Assembly: GCA_036172245.1 (NCBI GenBank)
Contig: JAYWIR010000005.1
Span: 3,410,001-3,474,000, forward strand
Source of the DNA: Raillietiella orientalis
Lineage: Eukaryota
Direction of reading: 5' to 3'
DNA: 64,000 bases
Part shown: positions 24,217 through 36,600 of the stretch, one piece after another
How the letters are laid out: each line of letters starts with the position of its first letter
How positions within the stretch are numbered: position 1 is the first letter of the stretch
The notes under the pieces: generated by a model
Told to the model about the DNA's origin: nothing
Seen by the model: only the letters and a program-made list of their open reading frames with translations
The model's database searches: none
Position numbers and translations under genes: made by a program

Positions 24217-24252
24217 GAAAGTGCAGAGGGTGACCCTGACCTCGGCACTTTC
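24217..24252. other. Putative rolling-circle replication origin stem-loop of the CRESS virus
   Basis: GAAAGTGC-A-GAGG [GTGACCCTGA] CCTC-G-GCACTTTC: 12 of 13 stem positions pair, with a 10-nt loop. The minus-strand loop CAGGGTCAC matches 6/9 of CAGTATTAC. It lies between the cap and rep starts. Confidence 0.65.
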
Positions 24253-24296
24253 AAAACCGTATCAAACCAAAAACACCCGCACCAAAGAGTTGCAAC

Positions 24297-25178
24297 ATGC
24301 CGTACGCAAAGAGCACGCGGCGATGCTTCACCTCAAACAACTGGACAACCGCAGAAGAAACTCAGGAAAGGTCACTTCGAAAAGGAATGCACGCAATCCG
24401 CGGTGAAGAAGGAAGCTCAACAGCAACCCCGCACCTCCAGGGATGCCTCCAAACAGCAATACACTCCACGATACCTCAGCTAAAAGGAATCCAACGTTTC
24501 TCAAGAGCTCCCGTGCAAACCTCCAAACGCAATTCTCAACGCAAAAAGACCGCCATGCGAAAGGGGCCCACCGAGAAACGAAAAACCTCCTACTATACAA
24601 GATCAAGTACATCGATTACAAACACAAAGGAGCACAATGCATTTCAGATCTTCGCATACAGAAAAGAGGGAAAAAACAGAAAAAGCGTTTTGCGAAAACG
24701 AACCACAACCATTCGATAAACAGAATGGCTTCCACATCGACAGCATCAGACTCGGACAATCCTACTCCACAAGCAATCCAATGATCCTCAAAAGATGACA
24801 CGTACGGCGAAAAACCATACAAAGACCTCATGCAAAGAGAACCAGACCACCGAGGTACACATTGGTACACCGGCTACCAAGGTAACTGGGGAAAAACCAC
24901 AGAAGCTAAACATATCAAATGCTACGCACCGTACTTAACCAATCGCAAAAAGAGAGGCGCCGCCCACACGCGGAAGGGAGAGACACTCATCATGCTGGAC
25001 CTCCTCCCACGCACACCACATCAACTACGGAATTATAGAAGGCCGAAGAAACGGAATGCCGGGATCCACTAAACTATCAAGGTCACGTTGAATTGACCAT
25101 CCGCCTCGCTTCGTCATCTTCCTCAGCATGGACCCCAACCACGAGAAAATGTCAAGCGACCTCTGCGTCATCCCTTAA
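24297..25178 (+). pseudogene. rep: Endogenous CRESS DNA virus replication-associated protein (HUH endonuclease + SF3 helicase), full length but frameshifted
   Basis: RCR motif I RCFTSNN and motif II GEE...TPHLQG (ORF 24297-24719); motif III decayed. Helicase EPDHRGTHWYTGYQGNWGKTTEAKHI (Walker A), LIMLDLLPR (Walker B), then in shifted frames RNGMPGSTK and PPRFVIFLSMDPNHEKMSSDL ending at TAA 25176-25178. Confidence 0.88.
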
Positions 25179-25921
25179 TCCACTTATTGGAACCAATGCC
25201 ACCTAAGGATGGCATTTCACATGCCACTGCGCTAAGCATTTACGCGTGGAATCGAAACCACGCTGCCGAATTATAGGCTACCTTGTACATGGAAATCTCC
25301 CAGAAACTTTCCATTCAGACTTTCTAATCGAGATGCCGGTGAGAATGCTCCTTGCTCCTGAAGCAATGTTCTGTTGCACCTTCTGACTTTGAGGTAGCAC
25401 AACTGTTTCAACATGCCCCTGCCATCCACACCATCCAGTTCATTCTTCCTTTTTGCAACACGGAAAAAAGGACACATTCCATTCATGCGCAGCACACATC
25501 ACATACACACGCCTGAACTGTTTTGTACTTTGACAAGACACATGGATGCCCAAGGCAACACGAAAAAATGCAGGTTGTCATCAACATAGGACTGCAGCAA
25601 GCGAGTTTCTCATCTCAACAGCAGTACTCCTGCAACACCATGCAGTCCACTATTAGGGAGACTTTCCGACGAGGAGATTGTGAGCACCAAGCATACCGAT
25701 GTTTCCAGTCCCAATGACAAGACAGCATGCTGTTTTCTAAAGTTTCCTAAGAAGCTGACACACTTGAATTCTTGTCAAAACACTTTTCCTTTGTATGTTT
25801 CATCATGCATACGTAGCGTTTGATCCGCATTAAAAATGAAAATGCTACCCATTTGAATTGTACCTTACTCATCAATAAAAAACTTCGTACGCCAAGATTG
25901 TTCGAAAGAATTTATTCATGT

Positions 25922-26195
25922 TCCAGCATTCAGTGAACACAGCTTTCAATTGACCAACACTGCAGTGCTACACACCCGAGCTGCATAAAACACCATCAGC
26001 AAATCCTGATCAAAATAAGATGAAGACCACTGATAGTTGGTTTCCAAACCTTGACATTGGTGTTGAACACCTCAAATTCTTCAGGATTCATTTAGCCATA
26101 TGCAGTAGCATCTCCTGAAGCGACTTGTTCCACGTAACTGAGCACTGTGTCTAGCATGATTTCCTGAGACATGTGCAATCTGGGTCAGCTCTGAC
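25922..26195 (-). pseudogene. eIF3f: eIF3 subunit F pseudogene, C-terminal part with a 44-bp intron
   Basis: SELTQIA...MLDTVLSYVEQVASGDATA...MNPEEFEVFNTNVK | GT...AG intron 26049-26006 | DLLMVFYAARVCSTAVLVN*KL matches the eIF3f C-terminus; contains stops and a frameshift. Confidence 0.8.
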
Positions 26196-26974
26196 TGGCA
26201 GTTAGTTGCCCTTTCAGAAGAGCGTTTGCTTTTCTGTGCTATTGGAACTGTGAACAAAGGAGACAGGGACAAATCAATGCTTGTGAGCATGGACTCAACC
26301 CAATTCGTTAGTATTTCCCTTTAATACTACTCCTTGATTCCGAAACAAACAAAACCAAAATTACACATACGCAAACAAGAGTAATGAATATACAATGATA
26401 AATACAATAGTCGTTTCACGGACGGAAAATTAAAGGGAAAACTACATTAAATGATCTTTTCGAATGTGCCATCAGATCAGACCCACTGAAACCAATTCAA
26501 AAAACATATGGCTTCAACAACCCAAATTATCTCGAGAGCACCAACAAAATTTAGAAAATGCATTCAATTTTCAACTATCATTTATTTCTTCACTCTTTCT
26601 TTGCTAGGAGTTTCATCTTAATTTTGTATTATCTCTGCAACTCAAACACAGGAAGATAACAAATGACCATACACTGAACAGAAAATAAGAACAGATTTTC
26701 AACATACATGCACAGCAACACCTACAGTGAAAGACAAATTGAAAGCCAATTTCAAAGAAAACACCATGAAACTGTGTAACAGTTTCACAGCTTCAGTTTA
26801 ATAACTGGGAGTTCTGAGAATACACTTCATTACCAAATGAATCTCATGAAAGATCATTTGGCATCTATCCAGTTGAAATAGAAGAAAGCAACTCCTACTA
26901 ACTCTGCTTCCAAAGCTCCTCTTCAAACTGCAAGAGGTTTCAACATTAGGACTTGTGAACAATTGCGAGCACCC

Positions 26975-27170
26975 ATTGGAACACTAATGAAATTGAGATA
27001 TGGCTAATTAAGATGATCAAAATATCATTGGGAATTGACATTGCAAAGAAATGTATGATCTGCATCATAAGGTCAACCCATCAGAAGGAGCAGTTGGTTG
27101 GTATGCCAACATTGCTTATGTCAGTGTACATTCAACTTTGATTCTTGTTTGCCTTTCAAGAAAATGTACA
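26975..27170 (+). pseudogene. eIF3f: eIF3 subunit F pseudogene, N-terminal MPN-domain part
   Basis: IGTLM, then MYDLHHKVNPSEGAVGWYANIAYVSVHSTLI (cf. [31 protein letters not shown]). Confidence 0.8.
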
Positions 27171-27499
27171 CAAAGTCGATTCCCCTTACAACCTCAGCAT
27201 CATATCTATTCACACTTCTTCCATAATTCAATTCAATACCTCTACTCCTGTTTTATTGTGAGCAACAGAAACAATAAGTAACTGTGACCCATCCTTTGCC
27301 CACGGTTCCTAGAAGGAAAATTTTCAACAAAACTAAGTTCTCAAACAAAATAAGGTAAGTACATTTCAGATGCTTACGATTCTTTCAAAATACTGCCACT
27401 TCACACTAAAACAGACATTTTCGTTCTCCATCACAAAACCATATTTACAGGTACTCACATGAAAACCAACTAACCTAACATCTCAAAGAATAAACATCA

Positions 27500-28590
27500 A
27501 CAGGGACAATTCGTGGAGAATTACCTCCTAACCAAGCGAAACTTGATTACAAAATTTGTTTCATTACAATTGGTGACAGTCCTATCCCGCATTAACAACC
27601 CGCCAATGCGACAAACATGAGAAACAACTCACCACTCCAACTGCCAGCAAAGTTCTGCCCCAAGTCCTTCCAAACCGATGGTCCATGTGTCCGAAAGCTC
27701 TTCTCCAGGAGTGATCCACAGGAGGGAAATACTTCCAATGTTGATGGATCAAAAAAAAAATAAGTGGGACGGGAAGGGGGGTGAAGTCCAAAGGAAAAAC
27801 CAAGGAGGGACCAGGAATGACCAACAACAAAAACCAATGAGCAGAATCAACAACCAAGGTGTCAACAAGATACACCGGCAATACCACAAACAAAAGGTCA
27901 CATCGGTAAGCACTCTACCAACCGTGCACCAAAGAAAAAAAAAAAAGGGCCTTGGCCATCACATCACAAACACTCCTTGCAAAAATCTCGCAGCCAGCCA
28001 GCAAAACAACCAGGCTGCTGAGGGGACAAAACCAACAAATCACAAACAATCTGGCAAACAGTACAAGCAAAAATCACCACACAAGAGAACCAAAAGAGAA
28101 CAATTCCAAATGCACACCCACCATGGGCATATCAGCGAACCCGCAATCCACTCAGGTGGTCAAAACAAAAAATAGAATAAACCACCATGCAAGCTGTGCT
28201 TTGACACACAAAAGAACATACGAAAACCCAATCAGACAGGACAAACCCAGGTAAAATCCGAAAACAAAGGCACACAACAGACACCACTGCAGAACAAACA
28301 AACCACCAGTCAAAACAAAAAGTTCAATTCAAAAGAGAAGAAAACAAAAGCAGCAAAGCATTGGAAAGCATCAAAAAAGAAAAACAGGCACCCACAACGA
28401 TCGCCACTCCTTACAAGAGAAGGTAGTCGACAAGACTGAGCGCCTCTGGAGATCGGACTCCCGTCGAACTGTGTAGCCCATGGGAAACATCCTTGCAGCA
28501 CCTCCACCAAAGGGAAAAATTGCCCGTAGCGGTACAATCATTTCAAAGTCACGCATCCAGAAGCAGAGGATTTCAATTCTGGGAACAGAG
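27500..28590 (-). mobile_element. Highly decayed LINE ORF2 linker / RT start
   Basis: ORF 27582-27893 ends ...KYFPPVDH...FGRTWGRTLLAV...SHWRVVNAG, resembling KSPGPDG...NWRPITLLN; contiguous with the 644-bp array. Confidence 0.4.
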
Positions 28591-31500
28591 TGTACTGCCG
28601 TTAGTAATCAGATCACTTGGCACGCCACCAAGTGCAACTCGCTGGGAGGGATAGGGGCGAAATGAGCGTGACGGTTAAACGCCCAGGAGCATCCTCGGGG
28701 GGTAGGGTGGCTCCCGGGCTCAGTTGGTGTGTGAAAAACAGAATAGTGACGATGATGCAATCAAATTTGGTTGGCCTGCAGAAGCAAATCTTCAAGGGAA
28801 ACGTGTAACAATACAAAGCGAAGCATCGCACGCGGAGAGACCGCAGGTCAAGCCTGCCCACTGACGACGGGGGGAATCGCCGGGGTAACTCGACCGACAG
28901 GAACTACATCCACACGCTCCAGATCGCTTGCACATACACGCTTCGGGGAACGAACAGTGGATTGGGGGAAATGGAAAGTGAATCCATGCAAGGTGAAGAA
29001 GTCTCCACATTTTCGGGAGCAAGAAGTAGGAACCAAAACTTCTCCATAGAGCAACAGGCCCGCTCGGCGGTAACGGGCGCTCAGCACTACGGAAAGCAGG
29101 AAGAGGGCTGTCCTGGTGTTTAGAGCCTCAACCGTGAAGGGGATAGCCAATCTGGAGGTCAAACGTGGCGAGGGAAGACCAATGATCACAAAGCACATTC
29201 GGAAACTGTCGATCTCACTGCTGGGTAGTCAAAAGTACTGGCGTTAGCAATCAGATCACTTGGCACGTCGCCAAGTGCAAATCTCTGGGAGGGATAGGGG
29301 CGAAATGAGCGTGACGGTGCAACGCCCAGGAGCATCCTCGGGGGGTAGGGCGGCTCCCGGGCTCAGGTGGTGTGTTGAAGAAGAGAATCGTGACGATGTT
29401 GCAATCAAATTTCGTTGACCTGCAGAAGCAAATCTTCAAGGGAAACGTGTAACAACACAAAGCGAAGCATCGCACGCGGAGAGACCGCAGGTCAAGCCTG
29501 CCCACTGACGACGGGGGGAATCGCCGGGGTAACTCGACCGACAGGAACTACATCCACACGCTCCAGATCGCTTGCACATACACGCTTCGGGGAACGAACA
29601 GTGGATTGGGGGAAATGGAAAGTGAATCCATGCAAGGTGAAGAAGTCTCCACATTTTCGGGAGCAAGAAGTAGGAACCAAAGCTTCTCCATAGAGCAACA
29701 GGCCCGCTCGGCGGTAACGGGAGCTGAGCACTAAGGAAAGCAGGAAGAGGGCTGTCCTGGTGTTTAGAGCCTCAACCGTGAAGGGGATAGCCAATCTGCA
29801 GCTCAAATGTGGCGAGGGAAGACCAATGATCACAAAGCGCATTCGGAAACTGTCGATCTCACTGCTGGGTAGTGGAAAGTACTGGCGTTAGTAATCAGAT
29901 CACTTGGCACGTCGCCAAGTGCAGCTCTCTGGGAGGGATAGGGGCGAAATGAGCGTGACGGTGCAACGCCAAGGAGCATCCTCGGGGGGTAGGGTGGCTC
30001 CCGGGCTCAGTTGGTGTGTTGAAAAACAGAATAGTGACGATGATGCAATCAAATTTCGTTGGCCTGCAGAAGCAAATCTTCAAGGGAAACGTGTAACAAC
30101 ACAAAGCGAAGCATCGCACGCGGAGAGACCGCAGGTCAAGCCTGCCCACTGACGACGGGGGGAATCGCCGGGGTAACTCGACCGACAGGAACTACATCCA
30201 CACGCTCCAGATCGCTTGCACATACACGCTTCGGGGAACGAACAGTGGATTGGGGGAAATGGAAAGTGAATCCATGCAAGGTGAAGAAGTCTCCACATTT
30301 TCGGGAGCAAGAAGTAGGAACCAAAACTTCTCCATAGAGCAACAGGCCCGCTCGGCGGTAACGGGCGCTCAGCACTACGGAAAGCAGGAAGAGGGCTGTC
30401 CTGGTGTTTAGAGCCTCAACCGTGAAGGGGATAGCCAATCTGGAGGTCAAATGTGGCGAGGGAAGACCAATGATCACAAAGCACATTCGGAAACTGTCGA
30501 TCTCACTGCTGGGTAGTCAAAAGTACTGGCGTTAGCAATCAGATCACTTGGCACGTCGCCAAGTGCAAATCTCTGGGAGGGATAGGGGCGAAATGAGCGT
30601 GACGGTGCAACGCCCAGGAGCATCCTCGGGGGGTAGGGCGGCTCCCGGGCTCAGGTGGTGTGTTGAAGAAGAGAATCGTGACGATGTTGCAATCAAATTT
30701 CGTTGACCTGCAGAAGCAAATCTTCAAGGGAAACGTGTAACAACACAAAGCGAAGCATCGCACGCGGAGAGACCGCAGGTCAAGCCTGCCCACTGACGAC
30801 GGGGGGAATCGCCGGGGTAACTCGACCGACAGGAACTACATCCACACGCTCCAGATCGCTTGCACATACACGCTTCGGGGAACGAACAGTGGATTGGGGG
30901 AAATGGAAAGTGAATCCATGCAAGGTGAAGAAGTCTCCACATTTTCGGGAGCAAGAAGTAGGAACCAAAGCTTCTCCATAGAGCAACAGGCCCGCTCGGC
31001 GGTAACGGGAGCTGAGCACTAAGGAAAGCAGGAAGAGGGCTGTCCTGGTGTTTAGAGCCTCAACCGTGAAGGGGATAGCCAATCTGCAGCTCAAATGTGG
31101 CGAGGGAAGACCAATGATCACAAAGCGCATTCGGAAACTGTCGATCTCACTGCTGGGTAGTGGAAAGTACTGGCGTTAGTAATCAGATCACTTGGCACGT
31201 CGCCAAGTGCAGCTCTCTGGGAGGGATAGGGGCGAAATGAGCGTGACGGTGCAACGCCAAGGAGCATCCTCGGGGGGTAGGGTGGCTCCCGGGCTCAGTT
31301 GGTGTGTTGAAAAACAGAATAGTGACGATGATGCAATCAAATTTCGTTGGCCTGCAGAAGCAAATCTTCAAGGGAAACGTGTAACAACACAAAGCGAAGC
31401 ATCGCACGCGGAGAGACCGCAGGTCAAGCCTGCCCACTGACGACGGGGGGAATCGCCGGGGTAACTCGACCGACAGGAACTACATCCACACGCTCCAGAT

Positions 31501-32578
31501 CGCTTGCAAATCCACGCTTCGGGGAACGAACAGTGGATTGGGGGAAACGGAAAGTGAGTCCATGCAAGGTGAAGAAGTATCCACGTTTTCGGGAGCAAGA
31601 AGTAGGAACCAAAATTTCTCCATAGAGCAACAGGCCCGCTCGGCGGTAACGGGCGCTGAGCACTACGGAAAGCAGGAAGAGGGCTGTCCTGGTGTTTAGA
31701 GCCTCAACCGTGAAGGGGATAGCCAATCTGCAGCTCAAATGTGGCGAGAGAAGACCAATGATCACAAAGCGCATTCGGAAACTGTCGATCTCACTGCTGG
31801 GTAGTGGAAAGTACTGGCGTTAGTAATCAGATCACTTGGCACGTCGCCAAGTGCAACTCTCTGGGAGGGATAGGGGCGAAATGAGCGTGACGGTGCAACG
31901 CCAAGGAGCATCCTCGGGGGGTAGGGTGGCTCCCGGGCTCAGTTGGTGTGTGAAAAACAGAATAGTGACGATGATGCAATCAAATTTGGTTGGCCTGCAG
32001 AAGCAAATCTTCAAGGGAAACGTGTAACAACACAAAGCGAAGCATCGCACGCGGAGAGACCGCAGGTCAAGCCTGCCCACTGACGACGGGGGGAATCGCC
32101 GGGGTAACTCGACCGACAGGAACTACATCCACACGCTCCAGATCGCTTGCACATACACGCTTCGGGGAACGAACAGTGGATTGGGGGAAATGGAAAGTGA
32201 ATCCATGCAAGGTGAAGAAGTCTCCACATTTTCGGGAGCAAGAAGTAGGAACCAAAGCTTCTCCATAGAGCAACAGGCCCGCTCGGCGGTAACGGGCGCT
32301 GAGCACTACGGAAAGCAGGAAGAGGGCTGTCCTGGTGTTTAGAGCCTCAACCGTGAAGGGGATAGCCAATCTGCAGCTCAAATGTGGCGAGAGAAGACCA
32401 ATGATCACAAAGCGCATTCGGAAACTGTCGATCTCACTGCTGGGTAGTGGAAAGTACTGGCGTTAGCAATCAGATCACTTGGCACGTCGCCAAGTGCAAC
32501 TCTCTGGGAGGGATAGGGGCGAAATGAGCGTGACGGTGCAACGCCAAGGAGCATCCTCGGGGGTTAGGGTGGCTCCCG
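28590..32578. repeat. Tandem satellite, 643/644-bp unit, ~6.2 copies
   Basis: ATCAGATCACTTGGC recurs every 643-644 bp (ORF track ends at 29251, 29895, 30539, 31183). Each unit has a CACTTGG(C)...(G)CCAAGTG hairpin. Confidence 0.98.
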
Positions 32579-33649
32579 ACCTGAAGGTGGTGCGTGGAGG
32601 AAGATTCGTCGCGATGTATCTGAGAAAGGTTGTTGGCGAACTGAGGCGACTTTTCATGGGAAAATTCAAGGTAGTGGAAACCTATAGATTTGAATCCGAA
32701 GATCGTTGCCAGTGAACGGGAAGTATCGATCGTTGTGGGGTGCCAAGAAGAAGAGCGGATTGTTTGCAAACTATCGTTTGGCCCACCAGAAGGAGAGCAG
32801 CCATTTTCTACTAGAGGGAAGCGAAAACAGCTACGATGTCCTGCCGTCTGTTTCGTGTCTGTGCATTCCAATTGCGAGTGCGGTGGAACCGAAAGCACTG
32901 CTTCCGCCAATGGAAACGAATGGAAGTCCAAAATTCCGGGTTCATTCCCCAGGAAACGAACACTTCAAAAAAATACTAGGATATCTAGCTTCCTACTTTT
33001 CATTTTCGCATCTATTTTCCGTTTTATCTTTCCCTTTTTTTCTTTTGGTTTTTTTTTCTTTTTCTTTTCGTTTCTTTTTCTTTGCGTTTCTTTAATTTTT
33101 TTTCGCTTCTTTTGTTTTTCGGTTTTTTCTCTTTTAGAGATTGCAGTTTCAATTATTTTTCTGCATAAAACTTGCAATTACCACCTCATTAGCTTACAAC
33201 GACGGTCAGTTGGGGACAACAAGAGCTTCAGAAAAGAGTTGCAGACTCAACTATAAAACGAAATGCAATTCTTACAAAGCATGATTCCCAGCCTACACAA
33301 AACACAAAAATCAGGTCGCCGACCGGAGGTTGGAATAACTTTCAGGACTTTCAATCCCCTATTAAAAAAAAAAAGGAAAAATGGGGATTTGCAACCAACA
33401 GGGACGTCCATGTCTCGGTAAACAATCACAAATCCACACGAACACAGATTCCTTCGGAAATCAACCGGAAAGAAATTTTCTACTTCAATGAGGACGCAGG
33501 ATGATGGGGAGAACATGGAGGATATACATTTTCGAACGCTTTGCAGGGGAACGATTACTCCTGGAGAGAGCGAAAGGATAGAAAGACGTTGGAAAGGTGG
33601 CTCGATGGATGGATTCGCTGGATGGACCGAAGAGTGATACGTAAACTTC

Positions 33650-36600
33650 AACTGAAGGAAACCGCCTACCTAGTCGACCCGGAAGCTGTCCTTTTCCTCT
33701 CAGCAAGGATGGATGCACTCTGTCTGTGCTGCTTCCATTGGAGGTTGGAGGTTTTTTTTTTTCTCCTCTTCCTTTTTCGTTGGTTTTGTCGGCTACCTGG
33801 AAACCTTATGAGCAACAAAGTTGCATCGACAACATGGCCGTTGCTGCACTTAGAGCAAGGATGGTACTTTTAGGGGATAGCGACCGTTGAAATAATGCGA
33901 TCTTCAAGGTGGATTCGGAGACACGGGGAGTAGATGAGGGTTGTTCGTTACCGAACATTTCGTGGGGGATGGATTGTTCCGCGGGAGAGACGTGTGCGGA
34001 ACACGGTGGTTGGGGTGAATGAAGGGATGGTTACAGCAGACGCACAAGCGTTCCAAATCAAGGCAAGCGCCTACCTAGTCGACCGGGAAGCTGTCCTTTT
34101 CTTCTCAGCAGGGATGGATGCACTCTGTCTGTGCTGCTTCCATTGGAGGATGGACGTTTTTTTTTTCGTGTCCTTTTTTTTTTTTCTCCTCTTCCTTTTT
34201 GTTTGTTTTTCTCCGCTACCTGGAAACTTTATGAGTAAGGAAGTTGCATGGACAACATGGCCGTTGCTGCCCTTATCCCTAGGATACTACGTTTGGGGCA
34301 TAGCGATCGTGAAAATGATGCGATGTTCAAGGTGGAATCGGGAACACGGGGAGTAGATGAGGGATGTTCGTTACCGAACATTTCGTGGGGGATGGATTGT
34401 TGCGCGGGAGAGGCGTGTGCGGAAACAAGTGGTTGGGGTGCATGAAGGGATGGTTACATCAGACACACAAGCGTTCCAAATCAAGGCAAGCGCCTACCTA
34501 GTCGACCGGGAAGCTGTCCTTTTTTTCTTAGCAAGGATGGATGCACTCTGTCTGTGCTGCATCCATTGGAGGATGGACGTTTTTTTCTTCGTGTCCTCTT
34601 TTTTTTTTCTCCTCTACCTTTTTCTTTGTTTTTCTCCGCTACCTGGAAACTTTATGAGTAACGAAGTTGCATGGACAACATGCCGGTTGGTGCCCTTGGC
34701 GCTAGGATACTATTTTTGGGGCATAGCGATCGTTAAAATGATGCGATGTTCAAGGTGGAATCGGGAACACGGGGAGTAGATGAGGGATGTTCGTTACCGA
34801 ACTTTTCGTGGGGGATGGATTGTTGCGCGGGAGAGGCGTGTGCGGAAACAAGTGGTTGGGGTGCATGAAGGGATGGTTACATCAGACACACAAGCGTTCC
34901 AAATCAAGGCAAGCGCCTACCAAGTCGACCGGGAAGCTGTCCTTTTCCTCTTAACAGGGATGGATGCACTCTGTCTGTGCTGCATCCATTGGAGGATGGA
35001 CGTTTTTTTTTTCGTGTCCTTTTTTTTTTTTCTCCTCTACCTTTTTCTTTGTTTTTCTCCGCTACCTGGAAACTTTATGAGTAACGAAGTTGCATGGACA
35101 ACATGCCCGTTGGTGCCCTTAGCGCTAGGATACTATTTTTGGGGGATAGCGACCGTTAAAATGATGCGATGTTCAAGGTGGATTCGGAGACACGGGGAGT
35201 AGATGAGGGTTGTTCGTTACCGAACATTTCGTGGGGGATGGATTGTTCCGCGGGAGAGACGTGTGCGGAAACCGGTGGTCTGAGTGAATGAAGGGATGGT
35301 TACAGCAGACGCACGAGCGTTCCAAATCAAGGCAAGCGCCTACCTAGTCGACCGGGAAGCTGTCCTTTTCTTCTCAGCAGGGATGGATGCACTCTGTCTG
35401 TGCTGCTTCCATTGGAGGATGGACGTTTTCTTTTTCCTGTCCTTTTTTTTTTTTCTCCTCTTCCTTTTTCTTTGTTTTTCTCCCCTACCTGGAAACTTTA
35501 TGAGTAACGAAGTTGTATGGACAACATGGCCGTTGCTGCCCTTATCCCTAGGATACTACGTTTGGGGCATAGCGATCGTTAAAATGATGCGATGTTCAAG
35601 GTGGAATCGGGAACACGGGGAATAGATGAGGTATGTTCGTTACCGAACATTTGGTGGGGGATGGATTGTTCCGCGGGAGAGGCGTGTGCGGAAACAAGTG
35701 GTTGGGGTGCATGAAGGGATGGTTACATCAGACACACAAGCGTTCCAAATCAAGGCAAGCGCCTACCTAGTCGACCGGGAAGCTGTCCTTTTCTTCTCAG
35801 CAGGGATGGATGCACTCTGTCTGTGCTGCTTCCATTGGAGGATGGACGCTTTTCTTTTCGTGTCCTTTTTTTTTTTCTCCTCTTCCTTTTTCTTTGTTTT
35901 TCTCCGCTAACTGGAAACTTTATTAGTAACGAAGTTGCATGGACAACATGCCCGTTATTGCCCTTATCCCTAGGATACTACGTTTGGGGCATAGCGATCG
36001 TTAAAATGATGCGATGTTCAAGGTGGAATCGGGAACACGGGGAGTAGATGAGGGATGTTCGTTACCGAACTTTTCGTGGGGGATGGATTGTTGCGCGGGA
36101 GAGGCGTGTGCGGAAACAAGTGGTTGGGGTGCATGAAGGGATGGTTACATCAGACACACAAGCGTTCCAAATCAAGGCAAGCGCCTACCAAGTCGACCGG
36201 GAAGCTGTCCTTTTCCTCTTAGCAGGGATGGATGCACTCTGTCTGTGCTGCATCCATTGGAGGATGGACGTTTTTTTCTTCGTGTCCTCTTTTTTTTTTC
36301 TCCTCTTCCTTTTTCTTTGTTTTTCTCCGCTACCTGGAAACTTTATGAGTAACGAAGTTGCATGGACAACATGCCCGTTGGTGCCCTGAGCGCTAGGATA
36401 CTATTTTTGGGGGATAGCGACCGTTAAAATGATGCGATGTTCAAGGTGGATTCGGAGACACGGGGAGTAGATGAGGGTTGTTCGTTACCGAACATTTCGT
36501 GGGGGATGGATTGTTGCGCGGGAGAGGCGTGTGCGGAAACAAGTGGTTGGGGTGCATGAAGGGATGGTTACATCAGACACACAAGCGTTCCAAATCAAGG

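Larger units (their letters stand above)
19490..24231 (+). repeat. Segmental duplication B, copy 1 (paralog ~45140-51633)
   Basis: Collinear homology starting at CTTTTGTGATTTCTTT; identical ORF translations 20358..20612 vs 46019..46273; homology continues, more diverged, through the CRESS capsid region. Confidence 0.92.

Noticed and set aside
25520..25730. Rossmann-like CLVIGTGNIG on the minus strand (ATG7- or dehydrogenase-like exon)
   Set aside because: A single short motif followed by stops; no family can be assigned.
26308..26332. TAGTATT...AATACTA inverted repeat as a second viral origin
   Set aside because: TAGTATT forms the stem rather than the loop, is not followed by AC, and lies in AT-rich sequence more than 1 kb from rep.
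28855..28910. Hammerhead ribozyme in the 644-bp unit (CTGACGA)
   Set aside because: No stem II followed by GAAA and no suitable cleavage triplet geometry.
28771..32417. Repeated 76-116 aa ORFs in the 644-bp array as genes
   Set aside because: They overlap on both strands, have no intact domain, and recur only because the DNA is repeated.
32580..33160. LINE 3' fragment between the two satellites (NCECGGTES plus T-rich tract)
   Set aside because: Incomplete zinc-finger pattern and no other supporting motif.
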